Source: an uncultured Acidobacteriota bacterium (GTDB lineage Bacteria; Acidobacteriota; Thermoanaerobaculia; UBA5066; Gp7-AA6). From it: DNA of 64,000 nucleotides. Every line of letters starts with the position of its first letter. Within the stretch, counting starts at the first letter, position 1. Position numbers and translations under genes: made by a program. Location of the stretch: contig CAWERV010000018.1 of NCBI GenBank assembly GCA_963811425.1, positions 195,332-259,331 on the forward strand, given 5' to 3'. Positions 23,628-33,099 of the stretch are shown piece after piece. The notes under the pieces were generated by a model, which was not told where the DNA came from, searched no databases, and was given only the letters and a program-made list of their open reading frames with translations.

Positions 23628-23763
23628 TCGCGTGGGCGATGAATACTTCCCGAGTCGGCATGGTCCGTCTCGCCGCGACCTTGGTGGCCTGTGTCGAACC
23701 GTGCTTCCGACGTTGGGAGGGGCTCGTTAACCAGCATCAAGCATCGCGCTGCGCACGCCCGGC

Positions 23764-25870
23764 TCACTGAAAATCCCGCGGGAACGTTTCCTTCCAGCTC
23801 TTTTCGCGCACGAGCGCTCCGTTGCTGAGGAGACGCCGCGAAGTCTCGTAGTAGAAGTTGTCCCGGTCGCTCCGCAGCAGGACGGTGCACTCCCACCGGA
23901 GCGTCCGGTCGGAGAGCCTGACCTCCGTCGCGTATTCCCCGCGCACCGACACGCGGTCGGGCCGGCCGTCCTCGGCCTCGTGGGTGATGGACTCGGTCCG
24001 GCGTTCCTCGCCCCACGGGAACCGCTCGGCGCTGGTGGAGGTCGCGACGACCTTCGCCTTGCCCGTCCTCGGGTTGCGGTCGACGGACTCGATCTCACCG
24101 TACCCGGAGGGCGTCCCGGTGTCGAGAGGCTCGAAGCCCTCGAGACGCCCCTCGGGCCGCGGGATCGGCTGGTACTCCGGACTCGGCCGCTGGGCCTTCG
24201 GCGCGACCGGGAGAATCAGGCGCGAGCCGGCGGCGCCTAGGTGGAGCGCCGTCGTCATGGCGTAGGGCGTCGGCCAGATCATCGGCCACTGGGCGTTGGA
24301 GACCGAGAGCCGGATGCGGTGCCCCTTCGGAAAGACCCAGGACGTGAAGTGGAGCTCGATCTCGAGAGGAAAGGCTTTTCCCGGTTCGAGCGCCTTCGGC
24401 TCGCGCGAGGATTCCCGGTGGGAGCCGTTCTGGCCGGCGTTGGCGACGAGCGTGACCGTGCCGTCCGGGGCGACGTCGTTGATGCGCGCGAACCAGTGAG
24501 CCAGCGGCGCGTCGGCCGAAACGCGCAGCAGCGCGCGCGGCAGCCCGAGGATCTCCAGGTCGTCTTCGAGAGGCGGCGTCTCGTAGACGAGGCTGAAGGC
24601 GTCCGTCGGGCGCTGGTCGGGCGCGACGTCGCCGAACCACATCACGGGCCCTCCCGCCTCCACGCCCGTGGTCGGCACGTAGCGAAGCTCGGCTTTGGCG
24701 TCCCCGGGCGCCTCGCCCGAGAGTGACCCGTCGGGCCGCGGATAGAGCGTGCGCTCGCGGATCCGCGCCACCGGCCAGCCGTCCTCGTAGCGCCAGAAGC
24801 CCGGCGCGAACTCGAGATATGGGCCCGGGGGGTGCCACTGCCTCACGTAGACGGAAAGCCGCGGCTCGCGCATGATCCCGGTGTCGAGGCCCTTCAGCCA
24901 CTGGTCGAACCAGCGCAGGGCCTCGCGTTTGAAATCGAAGCCGGGCTTCGGATACGGCTCATCGGGATACGTGTGGTTCCATGCGCCCACGATCGCCTTG
25001 ACCGGCGCCTTCAGGTGCTCGAGCATCCGCGGCACGCTGTCGCGGTAGCCGTCGTACCACCCTCCCACGACGAAAGTCGGGATCTTGATCGCGTCGTAGC
25101 GTGTCTTGAGTGCCGTGCGGTCCCAGAAGGGACCGTCGCGCTGCTGGTGCTTGTAGACGAGCATCCACGGCGGCTGGTCGAAGCGCTCGCGAAAGTAGGT
25201 TTCGTCGATCCGGTAGTCGGGCGCCGCGGGCATCGCGTTGGCGAGGTCCTGGCTCATCTCCCAGGAGTCCACGTGCATCATCCCGTCCATGAAATGCACG
25301 TCGTCCTCGTAGAGGTCGTCGGTCGCGTCCACAGCGAGGATCGGCTTTCAGGGCGGGCGGATTTCTCATCGCCATGTGGATCGAGTTGAATCCGCCCCAG
25401 GAAATGCCGAACATTCCGACGTTGCCGTTGGAGAACTTCTGGCGCGCGAGCCAGGCGATCACGTCCTCGCCGTCCCGCTGCTCGATCTCGGAGTACTCGT
25501 ACGGGATGAGCGCGCCTTCGCTCGAGCCCGTGCCGCGGATGTCCACGCGCGCGACGACGTAGCCGCGCCGCACGAAGTACGCGTAGAAGGGGTACCGGTC
25601 GCCGCGTCCTTCCGTCTTGCGGTAGGGCAGGTACTCGAGGAGCACCGGGAACGTTCCTCGGTCTCCAGCGCCCTTCGGCCGCCACAGGTCCACGGACAGC
25701 CGCACACCGTCTCTCATGGGGATCCAGGTTTCCTCCATCGCGACGTCGAAGCGCGCCGGCGACGGCTCCTCGGCCGGTCGGACCACGGCGGCATCGGCGA
25801 AGCACGTCCCTCCGAGGAGGCCGAGGGCGAGCCCCAGCGCGACCGCCGCGGCGGCGGCCTGCGGGGGCAC
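23764..25870 (-). pseudogene. CocE/NonD-family hydrolase (S15 X-Pro dipeptidyl-peptidase-like) with one frameshift near 25342
   Basis: The N-terminal part (ORF 24959..25870, GISWGG nucleophile motif) runs into ORF 23764..25332. Removing one base at about 25342 restores ...PPALKAILAVDATDDLY.... Confidence 0.75.
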
Positions 25871-25935
25871 CGGCTCAGTCCGTCACCTTCCGGTTCTCGC
25901 GGCAAACTCGACGTCTCCATCCGGGCCATGGTCCG

Positions 25936-26178
25936 CTAACTGAGTATGGACAGAACGACGAAGGGCACCAGATTGAACAACAGGATTCCTATCTTGAAGA
26001 TACTCATCCCCGAGTAGTGGAGAGCGTCGAACTGCTCGCGCGATAGCCGAAACCACCTGCCGTGAATGCGCTGAAGTAAATCATGCGCAGACACGAAGAA
26101 GAGGAACCAAACGAGCAAGATGCCGTAGTCGATGACCGTGCACCACAGGAGAAATTTGCGAATGAATCCGATGGTCAT
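25936..26178 (-). CDS. Small two-TM membrane protein (DUF6868-like), conspicuously low GC
   Basis: Intact 80-aa ORF with two hydrophobic helices. The family resemblance is from memory only. Its AT-richer composition contrasts with the neighbours. Confidence 0.5.
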   Translation of the reverse strand: MTIGFIRKFLLWCTVIDYGILLVWFLFFVSAHDLLQRIHGRWFRLSREQFDALHYSGMSIFKIGILLFNLVPFVVLSILS

Positions 26179-26249
26179 TTTCTCCTCCCGAGCGATCGAG
26201 AATGCGGTCCCGCTCCGAGTCTAATGCGGCCGCCACGAGCAGAACCCCG

Positions 26250-26317
26250 GGAATGGCACCGTAGGCCGTGCAAGCTCAATGACTTGAGATCACGTGTCCG
26301 AATCCTGTGTCCGAGTC
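26250..26317 (+). repeat. Degenerate, shortened copy of the array repeat
   Basis: ggaatggcaccgtaggccgtgcaagctcaa...cacgtgtccgaatcctgtgtccgagtc aligns by eye with the consensus GAATGAGTGGTGAGCCGTGTAGGACTCGAA...CGTGTCCGAGTCCTGTGTCCGAGTC, in the same orientation. Confidence 0.6.
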
Positions 26318-26323
26318 CCGCGC

Positions 26324-27115
26324 TTATGAGATTCGTGCCCGCCACTTCAAGTAAGGAATTGAAACGGCCGCCGAGGCAAGCACGTACGCGAGGACCAGGG
26401 CGATGGTTCGCGGCCCGGGCACCGTCGATGCGGCAAGCATGGCGATTCCGACGTGCCGCGAGGCGCACGAGACGGCGAGCGCCGTCCGGTCGGCGGGGTC
26501 CGGTCCGCCCAGGACGTGCCCGATCGCCAGCGCGACCGCCGTCATTCCCACGAGCGCGAAAAGGGGGCCCCAACCGATCTCCGTGAGGAGGCGCCAGTGC
26601 AGCGCGAGTAACGCGAGCGCGGCCACCGCGAGTGCGACGCCCGCCACGCCGAGGATCCGCTGAGACAGGCGCTCGGCGACTCTCGATAGCGGCCATCGCA
26701 GGAGCATACCCACCACCAGAGGAGCCAGGAACGCCTTCGCGATGATGAGGGCCACCGCGCGCGGCTCCACGGAGGATTCCCTTCCGAAGAGCGGAGCGAG
26801 AAGCGCCAGCCAGGCGGGCACGACGGCGATCGCCAGCAGCGAAGAGGTGACGACCAGGCTGAAGACGTAGCCCTCCCGGCCGATCTTCATCAACTTCTTC
26901 GGAAGCAGCGGCGCTCCAGCCGAGATGGCGAGAACGAGGATTGCCGTCTTCACCGGGGCCCCAAGGGGTAGGGTCTTCACCACGAGCAGGGCGGCGAGGG
27001 GCACGGCGACGTACATCGCCAACAGCGAACGCAGGAGCTCCTTCGGGCGCCGCCAGAGGTACGTGAGGTCGGCGGGCGTGGACCCGAGCCCGACCAACCG
27101 CACCGGTGAAGCCAT
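26324..27115 (-). CDS. Polytopic membrane transporter, bile-acid:Na+ symporter (BASS)-like
   Basis: Intact 263-aa ORF, multi-TM. The family call comes from general sequence character only. Confidence 0.45.
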   Translation of the reverse strand: MASPVRLVGLGSTPADLTYLWRRPKELLRSLLAMYVAVPLAALLVVKTLPLGAPVKTAILVLAISAGAPLLPKKLMKIGREGYVFSLVVTSSLLAIAVVPAWLALLAPLFGRESSVEPRAVALIIAKAFLAPLVVGMLLRWPLSRVAERLSQRILGVAGVALAVAALALLALHWRLLTEIGWGPLFALVGMTAVALAIGHVLGGPDPADRTALAVSCASRHVGIAMLAASTVPGPRTIALVLAYVLASAAVSIPYLKWRARIS

Positions 27116-27134
27116 GGTCTAGAATCCCCGTCCG

Positions 27135-28034
27135 GTGAAACGACTCGGTCTTCTTGCGACGGGTATCCTCCTATTCGCTCCGCGTGTCGCTTCGGCGCAG
27201 CAGCTCACACCGCGAGCCTACCTGCCCGCTCCCGTGGACCTGAACGTCGTCAGCCTTCCCCTCACGTACCAGACGGGCTCGGTCATCACCGATCCGTCCC
27301 TGCCCGTCCAGAACGTGAATGCGAAGGTCGAAGCCGTTACGGCCTTTTATGAGCGAACGTTCGGCTTTCTCGGCCGCTCCGCCAGCGCGGCGATCGCCCT
27401 CCCCTACGTCTGGGCGAAAGCGACAGGCGACGTCGAGGAGCAGGCACGGTCCATTACGCGCTCGGGTCAGGGGGACATGGTGCTGCGGTTGGTGTCGAAC
27501 ATCGTTGGAGGCCCCGCTCTCACGAGACAGGAGTTCGCTCAGGCGCCTCCGCAGACGACCCTTGGGGCGAGCCTGGTGGTCTCGATGCCCACGGGCCAGT
27601 ACGACGGCGCGAAGCTCGTCAACATCGGCACGAACCGCTGGGCGTTCAAGCCGGAAATCGGGTTCTCTCACCCGGCGGGCCGGTGGACCTTCGATCTCTA
27701 CGCGGGGGCCTGGTTCTTCACGCCAAACGACGACTTCTTTGGCGGGCACCGCCGAACGCAGGCCCCCCTCGTCGCCTTTCAGGGCCACATCATCTACACG
27801 CTCTCACCGGGGGGAGTCTGGATGGCCCTCGATGGGACGTGGTATTCCGGCGGGCAGACGACCGTCAACGGCGTGCTCAACGCGGACCGGCTGAGCAACA
27901 CGCGGGTCGGAGCCACGATCGCGGTCCCGATCGACCGCACCCAGTCGATCAAGGCAACGTGGTCAAGAGGAGCGAGCGTCCGCTTTGGCCAGAATTTCAC
28001 GACGGTCGGCGCCAGTTACACTCGCGCGTTCTGA
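27135..28034 (+). CDS. Outer-membrane beta-barrel transporter (MetA-pathway/phenol-degradation-like family)
   Basis: Signal peptide ending ASAQQ, alternating beta-strand pattern, and a C-terminal aromatic residue (…YTRAF). Confidence 0.6.
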   Translation: MKRLGLLATGILLFAPRVASAQQLTPRAYLPAPVDLNVVSLPLTYQTGSVITDPSLPVQNVNAKVEAVTAFYERTFGFLGRSASAAIALPYVWAKATGDVEEQARSITRSGQGDMVLRLVSNIVGGPALTRQEFAQAPPQTTLGASLVVSMPTGQYDGAKLVNIGTNRWAFKPEIGFSHPAGRWTFDLYAGAWFFTPNDDFFGGHRRTQAPLVAFQGHIIYTLSPGGVWMALDGTWYSGGQTTVNGVLNADRLSNTRVGATIAVPIDRTQSIKATWSRGASVRFGQNFTTVGASYTRAF

Positions 28035-28046
28035 CGGGCAGAAACG

Positions 28047-28087
28047 GGTCTCGACGAGTTGCGACGGGGTGTCCGAGCGTCCGAGTC
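28047..28087 (+). repeat. Partial (3'-half) copy of the array repeat
   Basis: ggtctcgacgagttgcgacggggtgtccgagcgtccgagtcatt aligns with the consensus AGGTCAACGAGTTGGAGCCGCGTGTCCGAGTCCTGTGTCCGAGTCAT. Confidence 0.55.
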
Positions 28088-28120
28088 ATTGGCAAGGGAG
28101 TCCGCGCCCGCGCAGCGGAC

Positions 28121-29782
28121 TCAGGTCAGCGCGAGGTATTCGTGCGCGAGACGTACGACCATCGATCCCTCGCCGACGGCAGAGGCCACGCGGTTCATCG
28201 CTCCGGCGCGCACGTCGCCCGCCGCGAACACGCCGGGCACGCTCGTCTCGAGCGGGAGCGGCTCTCGCTGCTCCTTCCAGGTTCGAGGGTAGGCTTCGGC
28301 GGCCATCAGGTCGCGTCCGGTGAGCACGAACCCCTTCGCATCGCGCAGCACGCCGGCCGGCAGCCATTCGCTTCGCGGACGCGTGCCGATGAAGATGAAG
28401 ACCGCGTCGGCCTCCTCGGTCCTGCACGATCCATCGTCGAGGAACCGGAGGGTTACCCGCTCGACGCGGCCCTCGCCTTCGACGCCCGCGATTTCCGTCC
28501 GAGGGCGCAGGCGGATGTTGGATGTCTTGCCGATCTGTTCGATGAGGTATTGCGACATCGTCTCCCGGAGGCCCTCGCGTCGCACGACTATCTCCACCTC
28601 CGCCGCGTATCGGGCCAGGTGCATGGCTCCCTGGCCGGCGGAGTTTCCGCCACCCACGACGAGAACGTGCCGGCCGCGGAACGCCGGCGCTTCGGTGGTC
28701 GCGGCGCCATAGTAGACGCCCGCGCCGGTATGTTCCGCCACGCCGGGAGCCGGATGCTCCCGGTAGAACATGCCCGTGGCCGCGAGCATGGCTCGCGTGA
28801 CCAGCTCGCGTCCGTCGGTGAGCGCCAAGCGCTTGTAGCCGCCGTCGATCGAGACGCCCGTCACCTCGAGCGGCGCGAGGAATTCGGCGCCGAGCCGCTG
28901 CGCCTGCATGATGGCCCGGCGCGTCAGATCGCTGCCGCTGACGCCGGCGGGGAACCCGAGGTAGTTTTCGATGCGCGAGCTCGTCCCCGCCTGCCCGCCC
29001 GGGGCGTGGCGATCGAGCAGGATCGTCCGAAGCCCCTCGGAGGCGCCGTACACCGCGGCCGCGAGCCCGGCGGGGCCCGCCCCGACGGCCACGAGGTCAT
29101 AGACGTCGAAGGCCGCCTGGAGCGGCCGGCCGAGGCGCTCGGCCACCTGGCGCGGCTCCGGGTTGGTCAGCACGCTCCCGTCCTCGAAGAACAGGACCGG
29201 CAAGGCGTCGCTCGGAACGCCCGCCGCCTCGAGCAGCGTCCGCGCCTCGGCGTCCCGTTCGACGTCGAGCCAGCGATAGGGGATGAGATTGCCCGCCAGG
29301 AAATCCTTGATCGCGTGCGATCGCGTCGCCCACTGGTGCCCGATCAGGCGCAGGCCCGTCGCCTCCGGCAGGGACTCGGCCTGCCACGCGTCGAGCAGAT
29401 CGTCGACCACCGGGAAGAGGCGTTCCTCCGGCGGGTCCCATGGCTTCGACAGGTAGTGATCGAGGTGCGCCTCGTTGATGGCCCGGATCGCCGCCTCGAT
29501 GTCGGAGTACGCCGTCAACAGGACCCGCCGGGCCAGGGGGTAGACCTCGCGCGAGCGGGCGAGCAGCTCGCCGCCGAGCATCCCCGGCATGCGCTGATCG
29601 CTGATCAGCATCGCCAGCGAATCGCCGCGGCTCTTGAGCTCCCGGGCCGTCGCGAGCGCTTCGGAACCCGAGGCCGCGCTGATGACCGTGTACTGGTCCC
29701 GGTATCGGGAGCGCAGGTCGCGCCGCACCGCGGCGAGAACCTGCGGATCGTCGTCCACGACGAGAAGAACGGGTTTGTTCAC
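28121..29782 (-). CDS. Fused response regulator / thioredoxin-reductase-like FAD oxidoreductase (no CxxC)
   Basis: GTG at 29782 overlaps the kinase stop (GTGA). The receiver domain has VLLVVDDD...ISDQRMP...YLSKPW. A Cys-less glutaredoxin-like linker follows, then GAGPAGLAAAVYGASEG and GGGNSAG dinucleotide motifs. The TrxB active-site position reads YGAATTEA. Confidence 0.8.
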   Translation of the reverse strand: MNKPVLLVVDDDPQVLAAVRRDLRSRYRDQYTVISAASGSEALATARELKSRGDSLAMLISDQRMPGMLGGELLARSREVYPLARRVLLTAYSDIEAAIRAINEAHLDHYLSKPWDPPEERLFPVVDDLLDAWQAESLPEATGLRLIGHQWATRSHAIKDFLAGNLIPYRWLDVERDAEARTLLEAAGVPSDALPVLFFEDGSVLTNPEPRQVAERLGRPLQAAFDVYDLVAVGAGPAGLAAAVYGASEGLRTILLDRHAPGGQAGTSSRIENYLGFPAGVSGSDLTRRAIMQAQRLGAEFLAPLEVTGVSIDGGYKRLALTDGRELVTRAMLAATGMFYREHPAPGVAEHTGAGVYYGAATTEAPAFRGRHVLVVGGGNSAGQGAMHLARYAAEVEIVVRREGLRETMSQYLIEQIGKTSNIRLRPRTEIAGVEGEGRVERVTLRFLDDGSCRTEEADAVFIFIGTRPRSEWLPAGVLRDAKGFVLTGRDLMAAEAYPRTWKEQREPLPLETSVPGVFAAGDVRAGAMNRVASAVGEGSMVVRLAHEYLALT

Positions 29783-31196
29783 GCCCGGCCTTCGGAGCCC
29801 TCGGCTTCGGCGATGGGCAGCGTGACCTGAAACTCCGTGCGGCCCGGCTGCGACGCGACTGAGATTTCGCCCTCGTTGTGCTGAACGAGCCTGCGGACGA
29901 TGTCGAGGCCGAGCCCCGTCCCCTGCCCCGCCTTCTTGGTCGTGAAGAAGGGATCGAAGATCCGGTCGCGGATCTCGGCGGGAATGCCGGGCCCGTTGTC
30001 GGTGATCCGCACGACGACCCGCCGGGACCCGCGGCCGGCCACGACCTCGACGCGGCCCGATTCCGGGACGGCATCGAGCGCGTTGTCGATCAGGTTCCCC
30101 CAGATCTGGTTCAACTCGCCGGCGAACCCTTGAACGCGCGGAAGACCCGGTTCCACCCGGACGGACACCGCGACGGATTTTCCGCGCGCCTTCGATTTCA
30201 GAACGGCGACCGTGTTTCCGAGGCTCTGGACGAGATCCACCGGACCCGCGGCGGTCCCCTGGTCCATGTGCGTGAAGCCCTTGACCGCCAGCACGAGTCC
30301 CGCGATCCGCGTCGCCGCATCCTGGATCTCGGAGGCGAGGCGCCGGACCGAGCATCCGGCGGCCGCCCAGCGCAGCGCGGAGCTCAGCGCGCGTCCCTCG
30401 ACGACGCCGGCGAGCTCGATCGAGCGCCCCGGTCGTCACGGCGGTTTCGGCGAGCGTCTCGGCGGCGGCCGTGTCGAGGCCCCGGTTGGCGAGCCAGTCG
30501 GTGATGGCTCTCTTCGCGTTCGGCTTGCTCGATCGGTGACCGAACTCCCTGCTCGGGCGTTGCCGCGCACGCGTTGCGCACACCGTCGATCGCGTCGAAC
30601 TGGGCATCCGTCAGCCCGGACCCGCAGAGCACGCGTGTCGCCTGCTCGACGTCCTCGATCCGGCTCCCGAGGAGCGCCGCGCTGCGTTCGATCGCGGACG
30701 CGGGGTTGTTGAGTTCGTGGGCGAGGCCCGCCGACAAGCGTCCGAGGGAGATCATCTTCTCGTCGTGCAGCTCGCTCGACGTGAAGTCCCGGGCCCGATC
30801 GACCATCCGATGGACCAGGATCGACGTGAGTTCGTGGCACTCCTCGGTCAGCGCGCGAAGGCGCTCGCGAGGGACCACGAGCACGTCCGCAGGCTCTTCG
30901 ACCATCGACTCGCCGGGCGAGTTGACCAGGCGGGAGTACGGAAGAACCCCGCCGACGTCTCCTCCTGTCCACTCGAAGAGCTTGTACGGTCCGGCGCCGC
31001 GATCGACGAAGAGGCTGATGCGGCCCGAGAGCATGACGAACAGGCCCTCGACAGGCGCGCCCTTCGCGGAGAGAGCGCCGCCCGCTTCGATTCGCCGAAC
31101 GAACCCGTGCGCGGCGAGCCACTCGAGCTCCTCGCGCGGCGCGGCTCCAACCGTCCGGTGATTCGCAAGCCGCTCGACGAGGTCAGTCGTTGTCAT
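29779..31196 (-). pseudogene. Sensor histidine kinase with N-terminal cyclic-nucleotide-binding domain; frame broken at least twice (about 30300-30500)
   Basis: The cNMP-binding domain and the H-box LGRLSAGLAHELNNP are in ORF 30384..31196. A middle piece is in the frame of ORF 28121..30607. The HATPase part (DNGPGIP, GTGLGL) is in ORF 29779..30294. Confidence 0.7.
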
Positions 31197-31310
31197 CCGC
31201 GTCCCACTCGGGCTCGCATCCTACATCGGACCGCCAGCCGGAGCCTCTCGCGCCCCGTTGCCTCGGTGAGCCCGGATACTGCAATCACCAGGAGGGCGAT
31301 GCGGATCTGA

Positions 31311-31350
31311 AAGAAACAATAAAGAAGCAATAAGGAAGCGATTAAGAACC
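31311..31350 (+). promoter_or_regulatory. Phased 11-bp purine-rich direct repeats (about 3.5 units) in a divergent intergenic region
   Basis: aagaaacaata / aagaagcaata / aggaagcgatta / agaacc form an AT-rich island in GC-rich DNA, between the kinase gene (minus) and the gene starting at 31432 (plus). Confidence 0.4.
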
Positions 31351-31431
31351 CGCGCGTCGGGGCTCGCGGCGGCCAGGATAGGGATGCCCGGGCGGGGAAT
31401 GCGATTTGCTTCGCCAGGGCCGGACGAGAAT

Positions 31432-32295
31432 ATGAAAGGGACCAGACGCACCGCCGCGCTTCGAGTCTTGCCGCTTCTTTTCTGCGGGATTGCGGGACTC
31501 CGTTCGCCAGCGATTGCGGCCGACATGCCGTCTGCGGTTTCTCTGGATCTCGGCTACCGGCAAATGTACCGGCTCGACTTCGGGGGCGCCCTGACCGTCT
31601 TCGCCGCCTGGCAGCAATCTCACCCGGGGGATCCGATGGGACCGGCCTCGGAGGCGGCGGGCACTCTGTTCTCGGAGTTGAACCGCCTCGGGATTCTCGA
31701 GGCCCAGTTCTTCACCCGGGACGAGAGCTTCCTTCGTCGCACGAGCCTGCGCCCGGATCCCGTGGCCCGCGTCCAGTTCGACGCCGCGCTCGAGCGATCC
31801 GACACTCTCGCGCGCGAGCGCATCGCGAAGGAACCCCGGGATACGGATGCCCTCTTCGCGCTCACTCTCGTCTACGGGTTGAAGGCGGACTACGAGTCGC
31901 TCATCGAGAACCGGAACCTCGCGGCCCTGGGACCGACGCGCCGGGCCACGGAGTGGGCCCAAAAGCTACTGGCCGTGGACCCGAACTACGGGGACGCCTA
32001 CCTCGCCACGGGCCTCTCGAAGTACCTCATCGGGAGCAGCCCGGCCCCCGTGCGTTGGCTCTTGAGCCTCGGAGGCTATTCGGGAGACGTCGGCCGGGGA
32101 ATCCAGGAGCTGGGGTGGACGGCGGATAGGGGGCGCTACCTCGCTCCGTTCGCCAAGCTGCTCCTGGCCATCGCCTACCTGCGGCAGAGCGACGGCCCCC
32201 GCGCGCGCTGGATGCTCGAGCAATTGCGCGAGGAGTTTCCGGAGAACCCGCTCTACTCCCGTGAGATTGCTCGGATCGACGCAGATCGGTACTGA
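31432..32295 (+). CDS. Hypothetical secreted protein, helical/TPR-like
   Basis: ORF 31384..32295. The internal ATG at 31432 gives signal peptide MKGTRRTAALRVLPLLFCGIAGLRSPAIAA. No confident family. Confidence 0.5.
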   Translation: MKGTRRTAALRVLPLLFCGIAGLRSPAIAADMPSAVSLDLGYRQMYRLDFGGALTVFAAWQQSHPGDPMGPASEAAGTLFSELNRLGILEAQFFTRDESFLRRTSLRPDPVARVQFDAALERSDTLARERIAKEPRDTDALFALTLVYGLKADYESLIENRNLAALGPTRRATEWAQKLLAVDPNYGDAYLATGLSKYLIGSSPAPVRWLLSLGGYSGDVGRGIQELGWTADRGRYLAPFAKLLLAIAYLRQSDGPRARWMLEQLREEFPENPLYSREIARIDADRY

Positions 32296-32368
32296 GGTCG
32301 TCATCGAACCTACTCGAAGCTCACCTTGATCTGTTAGCATTTGAAGGCCAGCAAGAAGGAGTTGATCG

Positions 32369-32659
32369 ATGAAGATGATGAAGGGAACACGGATCGGCGC
32401 AACCGTGACGCTGTTCGTCTGGTGCGGTTGGATCGCGCTTAGCGCAACTTCGTCCGCGTCGATGGACATACAGAAACAGGCCAAGGCTGCCGGCGTGGAC
32501 GTAAAGAACTGCCAGTACTGCCACGTCGACAAACTTCCCAAGAAGGATTCCCACGAGATGAACGACGTCGGCAAGTGGCTCGTGGCGGAGAAAGACAAGA
32601 AGGGCGCCAAGGCCGTGGACGGCGCGTGGGTCAAGGACTACCCCGGCAACAAGAAGTGA
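32369..32659 (+). CDS. Small secreted monoheme c-type cytochrome
   Basis: AAGGAG RBS, a signal peptide, and a single CQYCH heme-binding motif. 96 aa. Confidence 0.65.
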   Translation: MKMMKGTRIGATVTLFVWCGWIALSATSSASMDIQKQAKAAGVDVKNCQYCHVDKLPKKDSHEMNDVGKWLVAEKDKKGAKAVDGAWVKDYPGNKK

Positions 32660-32855
32660 AGTCTCGCCTCGCCGGCGCCTTCCTCCTCCACGGAGCGGTT
32701 CTTCTTTTCGACGACCCTACGGCCTTTGGTGCCCGCGGCCTCGGGCTGGCTTGACACACGGGCGCGGTCCGATTCGACGTTTCACGTGATGAGACTGCAT
32801 CACTCCCGGGACCATCTCGCCGTGCTCTATTCGCCGGTGGAAACCGAGGTGACCG

Positions 32856-33074
32856 ATGCATCCGATGATAGTCGCCGATCCGGAGTCGAAGAACCATCTC
32901 GGCGGGAACGGTCGCTTTGCTCCCCTCGCCGGGCTTGTCGCAATTGTCATCGGTGCATCCGTTGCCGGCCCGACCGGAGCGGCCATCGGCATGATTGCTC
33001 TGTTTCTGCTCCTCGAGTTCAGCCACAACACCGCCGGCTCTCGGCATTGGGCCGGTCGCGAGAATCGGGACTAG
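32856..33074 (+). CDS. Possible small membrane protein (Gly-zipper-like TM helix)
   Basis: ATG lies 4 nt after GAGGTG. The TM-like segment is LAGLVAIVIGASVAGPTGAAIGMIALFLLLEF. Third-position GC is fairly high. No homology evidence. Confidence 0.35.
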   Translation: MHPMIVADPESKNHLGGNGRFAPLAGLVAIVIGASVAGPTGAAIGMIALFLLLEFSHNTAGSRHWAGRENRD

Positions 33075-33099
33075 AGTAGCGACGCCGGGAGGAACGCAC

